DNA of 64,000 nucleotides, from NCBI RefSeq assembly GCF_046119375.1, contig NW_027362764.1:394878001-394942000 (forward strand), written 5' to 3'. Under the pieces are notes generated by a model, which ran no database searches, was not told where the DNA came from, and saw nothing but the letters and a program-made list of their open reading frames with translations. A program made the position numbers and the translations under genes. Each line of letters begins with the position of its first letter. Position 1 is the stretch's first letter. The stretch is from Phyllobates terribilis (taxonomy: Eukaryota). Shown in pieces: positions 12,231 through 23,889 of this stretch.

Positions 12231-13020
12231 TGCAGCGCTAGTGCACAGTTCTCTGTGCTGTTCACCGCTGTCTGCAAGGTCTGGTGTGTGAGTGCAGCTC
12301 ACCCTGTAGTGTGTACTTCAGCCACGTCTGGTTGTAGCGCACTTAGTGTGTGTCACTGCCTCATACATTGTCCTTTTTTGCCAATTCATAATTTTTCCTG
12401 ATATCTCCTATTAGTGTGGTGGTTTCATCCGTATTCAGCTAAATTGGTTCCAAACACACTATATAGGAGTAGATAGAGAAATTTTTTTGGTCTTGCAGCG
12501 CTAGTGCACAGTGCTCTGCATCTGTACTGTTCACCGCTGTCTGCAAGGTCTGTGTGTGTGAGTGCAGCTCACACTGCAGTGTGTACTTCAGCCACGTCTT
12601 GTTGTAGTGCACTCAGTGTGTGTCACTGCCTCATGCATTGTCCTTTTTTGCCAATTCATAATTTTTCCTGATATCTCCTATTAGTGTGGTGGTTCCATCC
12701 ATATTCAGCTAAATTGGTTCCAAACACACTATATAGGAGTAGATAGAGAAATTTTTTTGGTCTTGCAGCGCTAGTGCACAGTGCTCTGCATCTGCACTGT
12801 TCACGCCTGTCTGCAAGGTCTGTGTGTGTGAGTGCAGCTCGCCCTGTAGTGTGTGCTTCAGCCACGTCTGGTTGTAGTGCACTCAGTGTGTGTCACTGCC
12901 TCATACATTGTCCTTTTTTGCCAATTCATAATTTTTCCTGATTTCTCCTATTAGTGTGGTGGTTCCATCCGTATTCAGCTACATTGGTTCCAAACACACT
13001 ATATAGGGGTAGTTAGAGGA
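12231..13020. repeat. Tandem repeat, ~265-270 bp x3, upstream of the A transposase gene
   Basis: GCAGCGCTAGTGCACAG recurs at ~12232, ~12496 and ~12766. Confidence 0.85.
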
Positions 13021-13373
13021 GCCTTTCTGCAGCATTGTGCCCTGCAGCCACAGCCAGATTAGTATTAGCCTATTTTTTGTAGCCTCATCTATTGCATTGT
13101 AGGTTACCTTCCTACATTGTAATAGCTACAAAAAGTTTGTGATACTATCGGTATTACATCTTTAGGCACATCCAGTGTCTTTTTGTGACAAAAAAAACCT
13201 AAATAAAGTTCACCAAACACTCCACTTTACAGTTGTGTAGGCCACATTAGCTCATATTAAAGTCTAGTCCACACTTTATAAAATTAGTGCTTCTTATACC
13301 TGTTAGCAGCTGTTCAGGAATAAGCACACTAAGCACTTAGTACTTTTCTGCCTATCTTTATCAGTCTACCAAG

Positions 13374-15598
13374 ATGAAGAAGGCAGGGAGTAAGGCATGT
13401 GGTCGTCGGCGTGGGCGTGGAGTTTCTGCAGGGAGAGGACGTGAGGATTCTGTGCCTGCAGGGAGAGGACGTGGGGATTCTGTGCCTGCTGCGGGCACCA
13501 GTGACTCAGCATCCCCCAGTTTTACCAGGGAACAGTCCTTTATGCGCAGCTTTGTAGGAGCTAGCCGTACCCCACTGCTGCAGGAGGACCAAATTGAAGC
13601 CGTTGTCAGATGGATGGCAGCTAATACATCGACTTCAATTAGTTCCAGATCCTCTCAGGTCCTGAGCACTGAAGAGCACCCATCCGTCTCTTCACCACCT
13701 GCCATATTGCCCAGGCAGTCAGAGAGCCCTGGACAGGAGCCATCTCTACTTCTGTTCTCTGAATCTCTTGGCTTGGAAAGAGGGGCCCAGCCAAGCAGAA
13801 TTCGAGAATTTGAAGAAGAGGTAGTATGCAGTGATGCGCAACCGTTTTGTCTCTCTGAATCTGAAGAGGCGGGTGGGCCAGTGCCTATGGTGAGCAGCAC
13901 ACCTCAGTACGCATCTGATGATGAGAATCAGGTGCCACTTTCTGGTGCGTACTGTGCTGTCGAGACTACCCAGGAGAAGCAGTTGTTTGAAGAAGGTGAT
14001 GTAGATGATGAGGTCCTTGACCCATCATGGCGTGAGGGACAGGAAGGTAGTGGGAGCAGCTCTGAGGAAGAGATTCCCCGAACAGCCCAAAAAGGAGGGA
14101 GAGGGAGGGGGCAGACTTGGTTGCCTGTAGCCTCCACTTCGGCACCCATTAGGAGCATGGCTCTTCCAAAATCCAAAGCGGGCGCTCCCAAGACTTGCAG
14201 TGCCTGGTCCTTTTTTGACACAGTTGCAGATGACATTTGCTTTGTCAAGTGCAAGCTGTGTAATCAGAAGGTGAAAAGAGGGAAAAGTGTTCGCAACCTC
14301 AATACCACAAATATGTGGAAACATGTGCGGACCAAGCACGTGGTGGAGTTACAAAAACACACTGAAGACCTAGGCCAACCTACAGCACCACCTACCAACT
14401 CTTCAGCTCGTGTTGTAGCCTCTTCCTCCAGCTCACACACAGCTGGCTCGGCTTCCTCACAGGATCGCCATGGAAGAATCTCTGGCACTGTTGTACAGAG
14501 ACACAGTGTAATTCCACCCACAGCACCACTTTCCCAGGTCATCCTCACACTCCCAGGCCAGTCTACAGCCATCGTTAGCACAGGCATGGGAGAAAAGGCG
14601 CCCATACTCGGCAAACCACCCCCGAGCACAGGCTCTGAATGCTGGCATTGCTAAACTACTGGCCCTTGAAATGCTATCATTCAGGCTGGTGGAGACTGAC
14701 ACCTACCGTAACTTTATGGCATTGGCAGTCCCACAATACAATATGCCCAGCCGCTTTTATTTCAGCAGGCAAGCCGTCCCTGCCCTGCAACATCATGTGG
14801 AGGGAAAAATTAAACATGCGCTACAAAACGCCGTCAGTAGCAAGGTCCACCTGACCACCGATGCGTGGACCAGTAAGCATGGACAGGGACGATACCTTTC
14901 CCTCACTGCCCATTTGGTAAATGTTGTGGAGCCAGGTACAGATCTTGAGAGTGGCGCTGTACGTGTTCTGCCAACTCCAAGGATTGCAGGAATCCAGTCT
15001 GTACACATTGACTCCTCCTCCTACTGCTGTTCCTCTGAATCAGCGCTGCAGGAGCCGTCACGGTCTACCTCCACATCGACCCGTGAACGTTTACCTGTTA
15101 TGATGACCGATTATAATTAATTTATTTGGGGAATCGAAGCCACACAGCTCAGGAGCTCTGGAATGCCATCAAGCAGCAGAGCGACGTGTGGTTTGTGCCA
15201 GCGAATCTCCAGCCAGGCAAGGTAGTGTGTGACAATGGCCGAAATCTGGTGGCAGCTCTGGGCCTAGGCAACCTCACTCACATCCCATGTCTGGCACATG
15301 TGCTCAACTTGGTCATGCAGAGTCTTTTGAGGGACTATCCGGACCTTGATGCACTGCTTCACAAAGTCCGCATAGAGTGTGCTCACTTGTGGCGTTCCAG
15401 CAACGCAAGATCACGCATTGCAGCTCTGCAGCGCCGATTACGTCTTCCGGAACATCGCATCATATGTGACCTACCCACCAGGTGGAATTCAACGTTACAT
15501 ATGTTGGAGAGGTTGTGTGAGCAGCAGGCAGCAGTAATGGAGTACCAGCTGCAGCAGGCGCAAACAAGTCGCAGTGCGCGCCGTTCACACTTCACCAC
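13374..15598 (+). pseudogene. hAT-A transposase, 5' part (frameshifted)
   Basis: BED finger (AWSFF...CKLC...WKHVRTKH), VHLTTDAWTS, VCDNGRN, CLAH and PTRWNS spread over three ORFs; interrupted by B1. Confidence 0.92.
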
Positions 15599-16104
15599 TA
15601 GTGTTGAGCCACCCCCGTAGTGTTCGAGTTCGGTTCGGTTCGTCGAACACCCGTGTGTTCGCCGAACTGTTCGTCGAACTGTTCGTCGAACACCTTCGAA
15701 CACCGTTAAAACCAATGGCAGGCAAACAAAAACACATAGAAACACATAGAAAACACCTTCAAAGGTGTCCAAAAGCTGACAAACTGCTCAGAAGACATAA
15801 CTAACACATGGAAAAGTGACAAGTACATATAGTCATGCGAAAATAAAAGAGGTGGAGGAGTAAAAGGAGGGGGAGACACAGATATAGGCATGTCATGCCC
15901 TTCTAAAATCCAAAAAGTGAGAAGCCGACACGGCCATTCCGCTCCTGCCCGTGCCACCTCCGTGTCGCCGGGTTTGTGCCAGAGCCGCGGTGAACCCTGA
16001 CGGCCAGCCCCCCTCTCCCAATACTGGTGCCTGTCAGCTGGTGGGTCGAGCGAGCCCCCCTGTGGTGGAGGCAGCTCTAAGCTTTTTAATTTAAATTGTC
16101 TCTC

Positions 16105-16371
16105 TAATTTGAATGAATACACTTTAAATCCATTTACAAGGATCTATTGGAGGGCAAGTCTCATGCCAGCAGCCGCGGTAATTCCAGCTCCAGTAGCGTC
16201 CACTAAAGCTGCTGCAGTTAAAAAGCTTTTATAAGGATCGAGCTCGGCTGTCCACCGCAAGGCATCCTACTGCCAGTCCCAGCCCCTATGCCTTGGGGTG
16301 CCTCCTGATGCTCTTCACTAAGTATCCCATGGTCCCGAATCATTTCCTTTGAAAAAATTAAGTGTCTAAAC
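16105..16371 (+). pseudogene. Degenerate 18S rRNA fragment (helix 18 / 530-loop region into V4)
   Basis: ATTGGAGGGCAAGTCTCATGCCAGCAGCCGCGGTAATTCCAGCTCC...GCTGCAGTTAAAAAGCT...CTTTGAAAAAATT is collinear with vertebrate 18S as I recall it; no flanking rDNA. Confidence 0.9.
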
Positions 16372-16484
16372 TACAGGTGGTGTAGCTTGCTTAACAGCCG
16401 GGATAATCCGCTGACTAGCAGACACTGCTACTAGGCACAAAGTATTTCCTGGGCTAGATGCAGTTAAAAATTTGTAATTAGATA

Positions 16485-18305
16485 CTCTCGTTGGATGCTG
16501 AGAAAGCATTCCATAGAGTCTCCTGGCACGCCATATATGATTCTCTTAAAAAGCTTGGGGTAGGGGTCTAGGGGACCCTTTTATAGCCAAAATCACGGCC
16601 CTGTATCGCAATACGTCACCTAGGCTGAAGATGAATGGAACTGTAGCACCCTGAGGGCTCGGTTGCTACAGACGTATTGCACCTCACCCAGAGGTGTGAT
16701 ATCTCACTCTCAGGTAAGGATGGAGTGTGGATCAGGACCCGACACCTGCATGCATTACACCACATTGCCGTGGGGCAGGGCGACCAATATGCCCCTGAGA
16801 TGGGCACGACAGTCCCTGTCCCTGGCTGGAGTGGGGGGAGGGAACACTGAGGAAGGGGAACCCTGTAGTGCAGGAGCAGGGAGGAAGCAGTTCCTGGGTG
16901 CATTGAGAAGGGAGTATAAAAGGTGGGCACCATCTTAGTTCAGTGCAGAGAAGTCTGAGCAGAAGTGGCAGGGAGCAGGGGCTCTGCATGAGCTCTGCTC
17001 TGGAGGCGGGCCTAGTAACAGAGGCCCAGGCCTGGAAGAGGGAGAAGGAAGGAAGAGGAGCGGAGAAGGCTCCAGGAACGAGGAATGAAGGGATCCCAGG
17101 GGTGCGGACAGGCGAGTCGCCACCGCACGCCCGAATCCACCTGCGTGGAGGGGTCAGGCCAAAGGGGGAGACCGGTCCCCGAACTAGTGGAGGCAGGAAA
17201 CGACCCTCAGCTAGAAACCGGAGGCTCTGACATTTTATGTGGCGCAGCCCCTCGCTACACCCGCTAGGAAGGCACCACATAGGGTCAGGGAAACTGGCGC
17301 CAAGTTTACCAAGAGGAGGCCCGAGGCAGCCGGACAGAAGTGTTGGTAAGAAAGGCCAGACAAAGGACACACAAAGGGGGTCCTGTGAAGTGCTCCAAAG
17401 TTATCTGGGAGTTGTCTGAGCCCCTCACCTGGTGAGCACAGTACGACGTGGGCAGCCGTTACCTGCAGACGTGGTCTGGATAATAAGAACTGTGAGTAAA
17501 GGCCCTGGACTGCATCACTGACTCCGTGTCGTTACTGCTGCTGCCCTGCACCATCACCCCCATCCTCCGCATACACTGCCCTGAGGCTATACTCCTCCCG
17601 TGGGGAGTTATGCTACGCTCTGCTGCACCCACAACACCAGCCTCAGCGGTCTGCCCTGGAGCGGCGGTTCACTCTGACCGCAATCCACGGGTGGCGTAGT
17701 CGGACATTTAAACATCAAAACGACATAAATAGTTCCGCCACTGGTTTGACCGCCCTGAGCCACGGAACCGGGTTGCCGCCACGGAGACTACAACCACCAG
17801 CATCCACCAAAAAGGGTCCGGCTCCGGGTGTCCCAAGGCCCAGGGGGCGCGTCAGAACATTTTCATCACCTTTCACAATCACCAATGGGACAAGGCAGGG
17901 ATGTTCTCTGTCCCCTCTCTTATACATCCTAGTGACGGAGCACCTGCTCTCATCAATTCGCCATAACCCCAATATTAGGTGGATTGAGGTGGGAGGCACC
18001 GAGTACAAGTGCTCTCTATTTGCTGATGATGTCCTAGTATATATCACTCAATCACATATATCCATCCCTGCTGTTATGGCTGAAATAGATCACTTTGTTA
18101 CATGGTCAAATTTTAAAATCAATGCAGCGAAGTCTGAGGCCCTCGATGTCTCCCTCCCCAAATCCATATAGGATTCCATCAAGTCCAACTTTCCCTTTGC
18201 CTGTCCCTCACAGGGTATCAAATACTTAGGAATTCCTATTCATAGAGACCTCTCCCATCTATGTTATCTTAATTTTGGGCCCTTTATTGAACAACTCCAT
18301 ACAGA
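16485..18305 (+). mobile_element. L1/Tx1-type LINE RT fragment split by a solo LTR
   Basis: LSLDAEKAFHRVSW ... NGT|FSSPFTITNGTRQGCSLSPLLY ... SLFADDVLVY ... IKYLGI. Confidence 0.88.
16642..17854. mobile_element. Solo LTR (1213 bp)
   Basis: TGTAGCACCC ... GGGGCGCGTCA; 4-bp TSD GAAC; the L1 frame resumes after it; same family as 56955-57975. Confidence 0.85.
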
Positions 18306-19870
18306 CCACGGTTGGCAAGTTAGAACTGTAAGATTCACTACGTGAACCGCTGGTGTTTTGTGGAAAAGCACATGTACACTGCGTTCCAAATTATTATGCA
18401 AAAAGTGTTTAGGAGTGATAAGGGAAGAATTTGTTTGTTTGTCAGTTAAACTCATTGATGGTGATGTGTGTCAGGGCTCTTTATATCACTGTAAGCAATT
18501 GCAGACACCTGTGCTAATTAGTTTGGCAGGTGTGTCCAATGAAAGGCAAGACTACTTAAGAAGGCTCTCTCACATTATTAAGCAGCCTACATTTTCTGCC
18601 AAAATGGGAAAGAAAAAGGATGTGTCGGCTGCTGAGAAGCAACAAATTGTGGAGTGTTTAGGTCAAGGCATGACTACAATCAACATTGTGCGATGATCAG
18701 GATGAAGTGTCTTGGCAATCAAGAAGTATGTAGCTGATTCACAGTACACACGTGTGCGTGCTGATAAGGGCAAATTGAGGACTCTTTTCTACAGGCAATT
18801 ACGTCAGGTTGAAAGAGCAGCGGCCAAAAAGCCTTGTCATAGCAGCAGTCAAGTTTTTGAAGCTGCTTGTGCCTCCAACGTCCCCCGAACAACAAGATGC
18901 AGGGTCCTTCAGAGGTTTGCAGCTGTGCATACGCCATCCTGTCGACCTCCTCTATACACTTCACACAAGCAGAAATGGCTCCAGTGGGCCAAACATTACA
19001 TGAAGACTGATTTCAAAACAGTTTTGTTCACGGATGAGTGCCGTGCAGCGCTCGATGGTCCAGATGGATGGAGTGGAGGATGGCTGGTTGATGGACACCC
19101 CACGCAAACACGGCTACAGAGCCAACAAGGAGGAGGTGGAGTAATGTTTTGGGCTGGAATCATGGGGACAGAGATTGTCGGCCCCTTTAGGATCCCTGAA
19201 GGCGCTAAAGATGAACTCCATAATGTATGTGGATTTTCTCAAACAGCACTTCCTGCCATGGTTCAAGAAGAAGAACCGTGTATTTCACAGCAAGATCATT
19301 TTTCTGCATGATAATGCACCATCTCATGCTGCACATAAAACATCTGCATCTCTGGCTGATATGGGCATAAAAGGGGACAAACTTATGGTGTGACCCCCAT
19401 GCTCCCCTGACCTCTACCCCATTCAGAACCTTTGGAGCATCATTAAAAGGAGTGTCTATGATGGCGGGAGGCAGTTCACATCTAAGCAACAGCTCTGGGA
19501 GGGTATTCTGTCCTCATGCAAAACAATTGAAGCAGAAACCATCCAAAACCTGACAAATTCAATGGACGAGAGAGTTCAGAAGCTCCTTTCGAACAAGGGG
19601 TCCTATGTGAAAATGTAACATCACCTAGAATAAAGTTTTGAGTTGAAAACTGTTTGATTTCAGTTTCTAACAACCTGCTAATGCTTATAATTTCAAAAAT
19701 GACCATTTTTTTGGTCTTTATTAAGATGAAAAGGTTGATCGAAAAGTTTGGGGGATCTAAGAGTGTGGCAACCCAGTAGTCATGATTACTTCGAATTCTG
19801 ACAATATGAGGGTCATGCTGCAGGTAGTGCAGCAAGAAGGCACTTATGTGTCTTGCGCATCTCGGAGCCC
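18306..19870 (-). pseudogene. Diverged relic of a B-type hAT transposase 3' segment, interrupted by Tc1
   Basis: 18306-18376 matches 20530-20598 and ~19752-19870 matches ~20691-20808 (LHYLQHDP...YWVATLLDP), same order and strand. Confidence 0.75.
18377..19735 (+). mobile_element. Tc1/mariner element with DD37E spacing; transposase pseudogene 18604-19618; right TIR missing
   Basis: TA|CACTGCGTTCCAAATTATTATGC left end; FTDE and HDNA motifs, then 37 codons to the E position (now CAG); frameshifts and an in-frame TGA. Confidence 0.85.
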
Positions 19871-20076
19871 CAAAATTATTTTCCGGGCTAGATGCAGCTA
19901 AAAATTATTTTTAATTTTAAATCTGGTGAAGCTTTAGTATAGATGGCCTAATAGGATCAGTGCTGCACACTGCTACAAAGCCCAAATTATTTTCCAGTCA
20001 AGATACAGATAAACATGATTAGTAATTTGAAAGCTTAAAACGGTTGGTAGGGTGATTTTAACCAATCATCAAGCTT

Positions 20077-23000
20077 TTACTCTCCCCAGGATGACACAGG
20101 GGTAGAAAAGTCGTTTCGGATCCATGATTTGTTCATCTTTATGAACGTGAGTCTGTCTACATTATCAGTGGAGAGCCGCGTGCGCTTATCTGTCAGCACA
20201 CCACCAGCAGCGCTGAACACACGTTCAGACAGAACGCTGGCTGCGGGGCATGACAAGATCTCCAAGGCGTAAGTGGCTAGCTCCGGCCATTTATCCAGAT
20301 TGGAAGCCCAAAAAGAGCAAGGGTCCAGTGACACAGTCGTGGCTTCAATGTTTACTTGGAGATACTCCTGTACCATCGTCTCTAGGCGTTGACTATGTGT
20401 CAGACTTCTTGTCTCCTGTGGCCTTGCAAAGGATGGGCTAAAAAAGTGGTGAAATGATTCCGCAAAATTGATGTTACCAGCAGATACTGTGGTTCTGTTA
20501 CGGTTTGAGTGCTGAACACTTGACGGTCCCACGGTTGGCAAGTTGGAACTGTGAGATTCACTACGTGCACCACTGGTATTTTGTGGAAAAGCACATGTAA
20601 GATTCTGCAACAGTCTCTGCTGATACTCCTGCATGCGTGCATCCCTTTCTATGGCAGGAATAATTTCTGCAAATTTACTTTTGTACCGCGGATCTAACAG
20701 TGTGGCAACCCAGTAGTCAGGATTATTTCTAATTCTCACAATTCGAGGGTCATGTTGCAGGTAGTGCAGCAAGAAGGCACTCATGTGTGTTGCGCATCCA
20801 GGAGCACCAAGTCCCTGTTGTGTTGGTGGCGAGGTAACAATCATGCTTCCTTCCTCTGTCCTCTCCCCCCAACCTCGCACAACAGAAATGTGATCAAGGT
20901 CTCCCTCATCTGATGAGTCTTCCATCAGTTCGTCCTCCACTTCTTCCTGGGCTCCTGCACCTTCCTCACTAGTTTGGCTGCTACCATGCGCCCTGGTAAA
21001 ACCATCTCCCCCACCCTCACATGCCTGCCGCCTTGGTGCTGCCGACCGTCTGGACCTTGCAGATGTTAGCCCTTCCGCATACAACTCCTCCTCCTCTACT
21101 TCCTCCACCTCCTCTTGTGCCACCACCTGACTCCGAATTCTGTTTAACATGTGCTCCAGCATGTAAATCACCGGAATAGTCATGCTGATAATGGCATCGT
21201 CAGCACTAAACATCTTCGTCGCCATTTCAAAACTGTGCAGAAGGGTGCATAGGTCCCTGATCTGAGACCACTCCTCCAGCGTGATTTGCCCCACCTCTGA
21301 ATCTCGTTGGCCCAGGTTATACGTCAGAACGTATTGCACCAGGGCTTGTCGGTGCTGCCACAGTCGCTGCAACATGTGCAGAGTTGAATTCCACCGGGTA
21401 GGCACATCGCATTTTAGCCGGTGAAGTGGCAGGCCCAACGACTTCTGTAGAGATGTAAGTCGCTGAGCTGCGGGATGCGAATGGCGGAAGTGAGCACACA
21501 GCGACCGTGCCCTCTGCAGAAGGCCATCTAGTCTGGGATAGTGGGCTAAAAATTGCTGGACAACCAGGTTCAACACGTGAGCCATACAAGGCACGTGTGT
21601 GACATTGCCCCGGCGAAGGGCCGCACCCAGGTTTGCAGCATGGTCGCACACGGCCTTCCCTGGTTTCAGGTCCAGTGGAGACAACCATTCATGAAATTGG
21701 TTCTCCAGAGCTGACCACAACTCCTCAGCTGTGTGACTCACATTTCCCAGACATTTCAATGTAAAAACCGCCTGATGACGTTGAGCCCTACTGCCAACAT
21801 AGTAAGGAGGTGTGCAGGATCCCTTCTGCGCAGTTAGAAAGCTTGTGGCATGACCAGACAGGCTTTGGGTGCAGGTGGAAGACCGAGAGGAGGTTGAGGA
21901 GGCAGAAGCAGTGGAGGAACTTTGACATAAAGAGGATTGACGCACAACTCGTGGGGACGGCAAGACTTGGACAGCAGCCCCTTGTCCTGCTGTCACCATA
22001 GTTACCCAGTGCCCAGTCAGCGACATGTAACGCCCCTGTCCATGCCTACTCGTCCAAGTGTCTGTGGTGAAATGCACCCTGTCACACACAGAGTTTCTCA
22101 AAGAAGCGGTGATGTTGTGTGCGACATGCTGGTGGAGCGCAGGCACACCTTTCTTTGAGAAGTAGTGCCGACTGGGCATCTGGTACTGGGGCACTGCGAC
22201 GGACATAAGGTCTCGAAAATCCTCTGTGTCCACCAGGCGGAAAGGCAGCATTTCTGTAGCCAAGAGCTTGCAGATGGTGAAATTCAACCTCTTAGCTTTC
22301 TCATGGCTAGGAGGAAATGGTCTTTTACTTGTCCACATCTGAGGGACCGAGGGCTGGCTATTGTGCTTAGACGGGGTTGATAAGGGTGTCCCCGGCAAAC
22401 TGCCGGTCTGTGAGGAAGATGCAGGCGGACATGTTAGGTTGCCTTGATCCAAAGGTGGTGCTATCGATGTCGGACAGCGCTCAACACCAGCTGGTGTTCC
22501 CACCTCCAAAGAAAATGATGACCTGCCAATCACGCTGGCTGTTGCGGGTAAAGAGGTGGCAGGTCTGCGCCCCAAAGCAGGTGTGACTGCTGTCCCCCCA
22601 GTCACAGAGGATGAAGAGGCCGCGGATGCACAAGATATGGCAGACGGTGGTTGGCCCGGCCGGCTAGGCCGCATTGTAGCACACTGAGCTTCCCACTGCA
22701 ACTTATGCTTCATGTCCATGTGCCGGTTCATGCATGAAGTACTCAAACTATGTATTTTTTGGCCTCTACTTAGCTTTTGCTGACAAATGTTACAGATAAC
22801 ACGAGTTGGGTCATCTTTATCGATCTGAAAAAATGCCCAGGCTATGCAAGGCTTAGCACCCATGCGACCTGAAGAGCCACCACGACTTGTGGTGAGAGGC
22901 AGAGTTGTGTTTGAGGATGCAGTTGTTGACGTGCTTCCAGTACTACGTCTCTGTCCAGGAAGGCGCAACCTGACCTCGTCGTCACTAGCATCTTTCTCCA

Positions 23001-23778
23001 CCTCCTCTGCTGACCTCATCTCTTGGCTGACTGTGGGTTGACAGTAAGTGGGATCTCCAACCTCATCATCATCACCCTGTGTGTTATCACACCCGTCGTC
23101 CTCAGAGCCAACCTGTTCCTGCCCTGACAAAAAACTAAAGTTGTCGCTCCAATCAGGTATTTGAGTCTTATCATCGTCTTCCTCATTGTCTCCACCAACA
23201 GGAGTTACAGTTTGGGAATGAGGGTCTACATTATGGTCAGAACCTTCTGCTTCTGGTCCTGGATCCGACTCATAAAGATTCTGGGCATCAGTGCAGATCA
23301 TTTCCTCGTCTGGATTCACAGAAGCGCTGGAGTCGACCTCTGATTCCCAGGCTATAGTATGAGTAAACAGCTCTGCAGACTCAACCATCTGTTCTACCTC
23401 ATACTCAGACGGGCAGCTGGAGATTTGGGAGCTGTGAGGAAGCAAGTGCGATTTGGGTGACACCTTTGAGGACTGGAGTATTTGTGATGTTGAAGTTGAT
23501 GTGGAGGAGAGCCCACTTAAAGGAGCACTTGATATCCGTTGAAGCACCTGCTGTTTTTGTGCCTCATCTGGAATTTGTAGCGATTGGCGTGGCCGTAAGA
23601 AAGGGATCTTATCACATTGTCCGCTAAAAGAAGTAGACATTTTAGTTTGGCTGGAAGATGGTCTTTCTTCTGCAGATGTTACTGTTGCTTTAACACCTAC
23701 CCCACGGACACAACCTTTTTTCCCCTTCCCAACACGCCTATTCCCCTTTCCACCAGCAGCAGGCCTTTTTCCACTCAT
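20077..23778 (-). CDS. Intact hAT (Ac/ZBED-like) transposase, 1233 aa
   Basis: Basic N-terminus, BED finger (AWAFF...CNIC...MNRHMDMKH), TTDTWTS, VCDHAAN, CMAH, TRWNS, LDPRYK, and C-terminal dimerisation domain with SERVFS. Confidence 0.95.
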   Translation of the reverse strand: MSGKRPAAGGKGNRRVGKGKKGCVRGVGVKATVTSAEERPSSSQTKMSTSFSGQCDKIPFLRPRQSLQIPDEAQKQQVLQRISSAPLSGLSSTSTSTSQILQSSKVSPKSHLLPHSSQISSCPSEYEVEQMVESAELFTHTIAWESEVDSSASVNPDEEMICTDAQNLYESDPGPEAEGSDHNVDPHSQTVTPVGGDNEEDDDKTQIPDWSDNFSFLSGQEQVGSEDDGCDNTQGDDDEVGDPTYCQPTVSQEMRSAEEVEKDASDDEVRLRLPGQRRSTGSTSTTASSNTTLPLTTSRGGSSGRMGAKPCIAWAFFQIDKDDPTRVICNICQQKLSRGQKIHSLSTSCMNRHMDMKHKLQWEAQCATMRPSRPGQPPSAISCASAASSSSVTGGTAVTPALGRRPATSLPATASVIGRSSFSLEVGTPAGVERCPTSIAPPLDQGNLTCPPASSSQTGSLPGTPLSTPSKHNSQPSVPQMWTSKRPFPPSHEKAKRLNFTICKLLATEMLPFRLVDTEDFRDLMSVAVPQYQMPSRHYFSKKGVPALHQHVAHNITASLRNSVCDRVHFTTDTWTSRHGQGRYMSLTGHWVTMVTAGQGAAVQVLPSPRVVRQSSLCQSSSTASASSTSSRSSTCTQSLSGHATSFLTAQKGSCTPPYYVGSRAQRHQAVFTLKCLGNVSHTAEELWSALENQFHEWLSPLDLKPGKAVCDHAANLGAALRRGNVTHVPCMAHVLNLVVQQFLAHYPRLDGLLQRARSLCAHFRHSHPAAQRLTSLQKSLGLPLHRLKCDVPTRWNSTLHMLQRLWQHRQALVQYVLTYNLGQRDSEVGQITLEEWSQIRDLCTLLHSFEMATKMFSADDAIISMTIPVIYMLEHMLNRIRSQVVAQEEVEEVEEEELYAEGLTSARSRRSAAPRRQACEGGGDGFTRAHGSSQTSEEGAGAQEEVEDELMEDSSDEGDLDHISVVRGWGERTEEGSMIVTSPPTQQGLGAPGCATHMSAFLLHYLQHDPRIVRIRNNPDYWVATLLDPRYKSKFAEIIPAIERDARMQEYQQRLLQNLTCAFPQNTSGARSESHSSNLPTVGPSSVQHSNRNRTTVSAGNINFAESFHHFFSPSFARPQETRSLTHSQRLETMVQEYLQVNIEATTVSLDPCSFWASNLDKWPELATYALEILSCPAASVLSERVFSAAGGVLTDKRTRLSTDNVDRLTFIKMNKSWIRNDFSTPVSSWGE

Positions 23779-23889
23779 TTTGGTGGTTAACTAATTCACA
23801 ACTCTGGAGTTGTTTGCACAAAAAAACAATGGATGGTAACCGAGCAGAGCTGAGTGGCCAAACTGTGGTATTAGGCCAAAACTATTGGC

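Noticed and set aside
15975-15995. GTGCCAGAGCCGCGGTGAA as a second 18S 530-loop copy; also TTAAAGTTGCT in the 203-mer
   Set aside because: Matches are under 20 nt with no collinear flanks, so they cannot be separated from chance without an alignment.
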